The notes under the pieces: model-generated
Database searches by the model: none
Told to the model about the DNA's origin: nothing
What the model saw: only the letters and a program-made list of their open reading frames with translations
Program-made: the position numbers and the translations under genes
Assembly (NCBI RefSeq): GCF_001194135.2
Contig: NC_068981.1
Location: forward strand, 185,871,275 to 185,925,410
Source of the DNA: Octopus bimaculoides
Lineage: Eukaryota
Reading direction: 5' to 3'
DNA: 54,136 bases
Part shown: positions 49,134 to 54,136 of the stretch, in pieces
How positions within the stretch are numbered: position 1 is the first letter of the stretch
How the letters are laid out: every line of letters begins with the position of its first letter

Positions 49134-49790
49134 ATCCATTTTCTAAATTCTAGTTTGAATATTTAACCTAATGTTTTTCATGACGACATTGTTAATTCCT
49201 GGTCAAATTGTTGCAAATTAAGTTTCATTATATCGTTGATCCATTGATTAGTTCTAGCTTTAAAATAAATACATGAATTACAGGATGCCGTGAATCCTTG
49301 TTTAATTGTGGATCAAATATGAAACAAAACCAGCTTCATAACGTCGCTGATCCATTGTTTAATTCTGTCTTAAACATACAACCCAATGCATTTCCCGACG
49401 TTATCGATCCATTTTTAATCTTAGTACAAATTTGTAACTAAAAGAATTACATGTCACTGATAAATTCTTGCTCAAATAGGTGACACAGTAAGACTTCTGA
49501 TTGTCTCAATCCAATTGTTTAATTCTGGTATAAATATACAACTAAAGCACTTCGTTACGTCATTGGTCATACGTTTTAATTCAAGCTCAGATGTGTGACC
49601 CAATAACGTTCATTTTGTTGATGTCATTGCTATATTGTTGCTCAAATGAGCCATCCAATAAAATGTACGGTTGTGTTGTTACAATTGTTTAACTCTGGTT
49701 CAAATACGTAGCTATAAAATTTCATGCCCTTCTTTACTCCGTTGTTTAATTTTAGATCGAACATGTAATCTTCGTTACAGAAATTATAAT
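49134..49790. repeat. Degenerate ~57-bp tandem array (~12 units)
   Basis: Anchor gatccattgtttaattctg recurs at about 49238, 49293, 49349, 49406, 49508, 49565, 49620, 49678 and 49736. Confidence 0.75.
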
Positions 49791-51639
49791 TGCGACCACT
49801 AAATATCATAATGCATAGAACGGAACCTCTGGGTGGTCGCTCGAGAAGCTAGAAATGTCAATGAAAGCTCTATCATATTCTCCTGACATTTTATTTTAAA
49901 AAAATGATAAATAACGGTCTTATGGGATGACATGTCCTGAGAAATACTAGCTGAAATAGACAGAAAGGTCATTGTTGGAGTTACTTTCATCACAAATCCC
50001 TAACTACACTACACTAACACTACATTAACGCCAGCACAATCAGAGGAAAAAGATCAATATCATTAACAATATTTTAACTATTCATGTGTACTGCCAAAAG
50101 GAGCAATAAGTGGAGTATTTTCATTTACGAAGTATTAGCGATGTGATGATGTGTTGTAATATATTTTTCCAGTAACACCAGTATAGATTGGTTACTAATT
50201 AGTATGAGTATATTTTTAATAAAACTAATGCATTGCTGTCTGGTTTGCATATTGATCTATGAACCCTCTACTCCGTGCAAACAAATATTTACTTTTCTTC
50301 CTTCAACCAGCTTCAAGTGATGTATTATATTAAGTATTCTCTCATCAATTAAGCTATGGTAACATTAGCTCTTCTAATTTCGTGACACTGGAAGTTATGT
50401 GACTGTAAATTAGCAATATTGCTATTAAATCGCAGGCAAAACAGTATACAATTGCAGGATGGTGTTTTCTATTTTAGTTCACTACAATGGTTGAGAAGCA
50501 ATAGAATGGCTATGTATTGAGATTTCTACTCATAAAATACGTGAAATACCATCTTAATCTTCTAAATTTGAGTTTCCCTTCTGAAATTAATACTTAAAAA
50601 GAATGGAACATACACCACATATCTATTTCTATATAATGTCTCGTAATTTATGTATTTCTTTTGCCTTCAGTATTGAATAGAATTTTTTTCCCAATGAGAT
50701 CTGAGATTGAAATTGAAAGCCATTACAATACATGGAATATCAATACCGCACGGCCTATTTCCGATTTAATTATAATCCACGCGTGTCAGAATCTGTGCAA
50801 CAGACCGTCACAATTTCATCAGTCGGGTATCTGACTCCAACACAAAGGATGCAACAACTACAAAGATTACAAGTACTACATTGAAAACGACTCTTCATAC
50901 ACCAGATTATGAAACACAGTTTCAATTCCCAGTTAGAATCTTTTACTTACAATATACAAATGCGCTTGGAAAGGGATGAACATAATTTATGATTTCCCCG
51001 TTTCCCATTGCCTTTTAATGTCTTTTGTTTCATGTCAAATGTGTAATCCTTATTGGAAAAGTTACAAGTGTTACTACAAAGAACAACAACACCATCATTA
51101 CAATCACAGAAAATATCAATACCATCGATCATCCTAATAATATGTTTGTTATTTATGTCTGTCCTGCTTAGTAAGAAGACTACTTTACGATGAAACGGTG
51201 ATATGATGGTGCATTGTTATTAATGTTTCTACGCTGCAATTATTGTCCGCAATATTGCTGGCTGATAGAAATCCCATATAATTGTAGCTTTGATGTTCGC
51301 AAAGAGTGGATCCTGTAGTGATAGTTATTAACATCTACGTAGTGCATAATCCTTTAACCATATCTCTAGTCGTACACAGTGTTCAATAATAATTTACAGT
51401 CATTTTTATAAGTAGCTTTCATTATTTAATTCTCAATGTTATGCCTTAAGCGAGATAGGTTTCTGCTAGCTTCAGAATACTTGCTTTCATTAATGTTGCT
51501 GAAGCTTTATTTTCCTTATTTATAGATTACTGTATAACGACACAACTTTCACAAGTTTTAATAACAAAAGTATTTAATGCAAATTCGTGTGCTATATATT
51601 GTTAATAATAATTTATGGCATCGGCCCAAAGAATAAGAT

Positions 51640-51800
51640 TTATTGTGGGGAGAATTTATAATGTCCATGCTTTCATTAAAGGATTGCTGTATACGGGAAA
51701 ATGGTTTGACCTGGAAATCTGGTCAGAGACTGGATTTCCATAGAATTTTTAACCAGACGATATTGAACACATTGACTGTGGATAAACGCTTTTTTAAACA
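51640..51800 (+). mobile_element. Possible old piggyBac transposase fragment
   Basis: HAFIKGLLYTGKWFDLEIWSETGFP / IFNQT resembles piggyBac AFIGLL..G....E.WS...G.PIF..TM. Confidence 0.35.
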
Positions 51801-52049
51801 GCTTTGAAATTTGAGTTGTTTCGAAAGGTTTAGTGGTAAATATTTACATTTGGGATATTACATTTGGGATATAAATCATTTCTGGTTTATATGAAGGGTT
51901 ATCAATTTTATGGTGACACAATACTTATATTTACATCATACAAAATACATCCCATGCCAGCTGAAATTAGTTTTAGCATGGAGAAATTGGCAACTGGTCA
52001 CCGCTTCACCAGGTTCGCAACACATTTCAGAGCAATGTAATTCAACAGA

Positions 52050-52100
<51 letters not shown>

Positions 52101-52815
52101 GCGCACAAACTCATGCACACTTGAGTATATCGAGCCACCCGTTTTAATATGTATCCCTTTTATAATATTAACAATGAAATATGATAAAACACAAACCACC
52201 AAGATGTTTGCACGTGCAAATAATACAACTGTACGTGCAAGACTCAGCAACACATGTAAGATGTCGCCTGGAGCTGTAAGTTGAGGGAAATCAACCCTGA
52301 TGCAGAACTTTGAGAAGCACATTTGAGTAGTCATTCTCATACAAATTCAACACGTCACCTCAAGCAAGATGATTTCCATATTGTTTTTAGATTTATTACA
52401 CACTACTCTTCTCAATGTACACAATACAGGCACAATCCTATTAGCATTCCGTGGGCTGCATGTGCGATAATTCGACATAACGACTCCCACCTAAATGGTA
52501 AAAGGTTGTGATAATTACCCTGTATTTCTGCATCAGGAATAAACCACTGTGACCCAGAGCTACTTCTTAAATTTGCAATTTATGGGAACGCACAACTGTG
52601 CACTGCGTCTGGAAAAAATGCACCCCTATAAAAATAATCGGAGCCAGAGAAGAACATTCTGTACAGGACACTAACCTGTGAGAAATCAAATTAATCACAG
52701 CCATATCACACCCGCTAATGTGCCAAATAGGGAACGAAACCAGGATCAGTGAAATTCTAGATATGTACACACATCCATGTAAAAATATAAGTATGTATAT
52801 TATATTTATAAGTAT

Positions 52816-52970
52816 AGGCGCAGGTGTGGCTGTGTGGTAAGTAGCTTGTTTACGAACCATGGATTCAGTCCCAGTGCGTGGCACCTGGGGCAAGTGTCTT
52901 CTACTGAAGCCTCGGGCTGCCAAAGCCTTGTGAGTTGATTTGGTAGACGGAAACTGAAAGAAACCCGTCG
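52816..52970 (+). mobile_element. SINE family B
   Basis: aggcgcaggtgtggctgtgtggtaagtagc...ggattcagtcccagtgcgtggcacctggggcaagtgtcttctac...gaaacccgtcg, then (TA)n. Confidence 0.9.
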
Positions 52971-52993
52971 AAAGAATATACATATACATACAT

Positions 52994-53047
<54 letters not shown>

Positions 53048-54103
53048 NNNNNNNNNNNNNNNNNNNNNNNNNNNNNNNNNNNNNNNNNNNNNNNNNNNNN
53101 NNNNNNNNNNNNNNNNNNNNNNNNNNNNNNNNNNNNNNNNNNNNNNNNNNNNNNNNNNNNNNNNNNNNNNNNNNNNNNNNNNNNNNNNNNNNNNNNNNNN
53201 NNNNNNNNNNNNNNNNNNNNNNNNNNNNNNNNNNNNNNNNNNNNNNNNNNNNNNNNNNNNNNNNNNNNNNNNNNNNNNNNNNNNNNNNNNNNNNNNNNNN
53301 NNNNNNNNNNNNNNNNNNNNNNNNNNNNNNNNNNNNNNNNNNNNNNNNNNNNNNNNNNNNNNNNNNNNNNNNNNNNNNNNNNNNNNNNNNNNNNNNNNNN
53401 NNNNNNNNNNNNNNNNNNNNNNNNNNNNNNNNNNNNNNNNNNNNNNNNNNNNNNNNNNNNNNNNNNNNNNNNNNNNNNNNNNNNNNNNNNNNNNNNNNNN
53501 NNNNNNNNNNNNNNNNNNNNNNNNNNNNNNNNNNNNNNNNNNNNNNNNNNNNNNNNNNNNNNNNNNNNNNNNNNNNNNNNNNNNNNNNNNNNNNNNNNNN
53601 NNNNNNNNNNNNNNNNNNNNNNNNNNNNNNNNNNNNNNNNNNNNNNNNNNNNNNNNNNNNNNNNNNNNNNNNNNNNNNNNNNNNNNNNNNNNNNNNNNNN
53701 NNNNNNNNNNNNNNNNNNNNNNNNNNNNNNNNNNNNNNNNNNNNNNNNNNNNNNNNNNNNNNNNNNNNNNNNNNNNNNNNNNNNNNNNNNNNNNNNNNNN
53801 NNNNNNNNNNNNNNNNNNNNNNNNNNNNNNNNNATATATATATATATATATATATATTTCCTGTTTTATAGCTTATTAGACATTCATTATAACAATATAG
53901 GAGATTATCAAGCTTTGAATAATGAACCCTAATCCGTATGCTAATCAGTAATACATAATAGCACACCGTAAATTGCGTATGTATATGCTTGTGTGAGCTT
54001 ATATGTGTGTGTTTGTGTCTGTGAGTGCATTTCTGTGTGTGTGCCTCTTAGTCTATATAGATACATATGCATGTATGTATATGTATGTGTGTATGAGTGC
54101 GTG

Positions 54104-54136
<33 letters not shown>

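Noticed and set aside
49134-49790. CRISPR-like appearance of the periodic array
   Set aside because: No invariant repeat with unique spacers, whole units are homologous, the context is eukaryotic and there are no cas genes.
50780-51160. Thr/Asn-rich and Cys-containing short frames
   Set aside because: Bounded by stops, no splice support, consistent with decayed (ACA)n.
51842-51871. 14-bp tandem duplication ttacatttgggata
   Set aside because: An isolated slippage event with nothing inserted between the copies.

Overview
AT-rich animal genomic DNA with about 15 N-gaps, most of them flanked by (TA)n. I recognise no host protein-coding exon, rRNA, tRNA gene or CRISPR array. The repeat families and extreme microsatellite load look like a coleoid cephalopod, probably an Octopus draft assembly (inference). 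The window is an intronic/intergenic mosaic of: (i) several modular tRNA-derived SINE families, labelled A-E here; (ii) decayed non-LTR retrotransposons (RLE-type R4/Dong-like, RTE-like, CR1/L2-like, Penelope-like GIY-YIG); (iii) Tc1/mariner and piggyBac relics and MITE/foldback elements; (iv) microsatellites and one ~57-bp tandem array. Almost all ORFs in the supplied track are microsatellite or gap artefacts. Best leads: a 3-copy ~200-bp element (family F) whose consensus folds as a minimal type-I hammerhead ribozyme with an unusual CUGUUGA core, plus two other degenerate hammerhead-like motifs; a SINE and a LINE sharing a 3' tail with a covarying stem-loop; a unique ~50-bp-stem hairpin at 35.6 kb; and a promoter-like island with three chained micro-ORFs at 25.3-25.6 kb. 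All alignments and folds were done by eye, and element boundaries are approximate.
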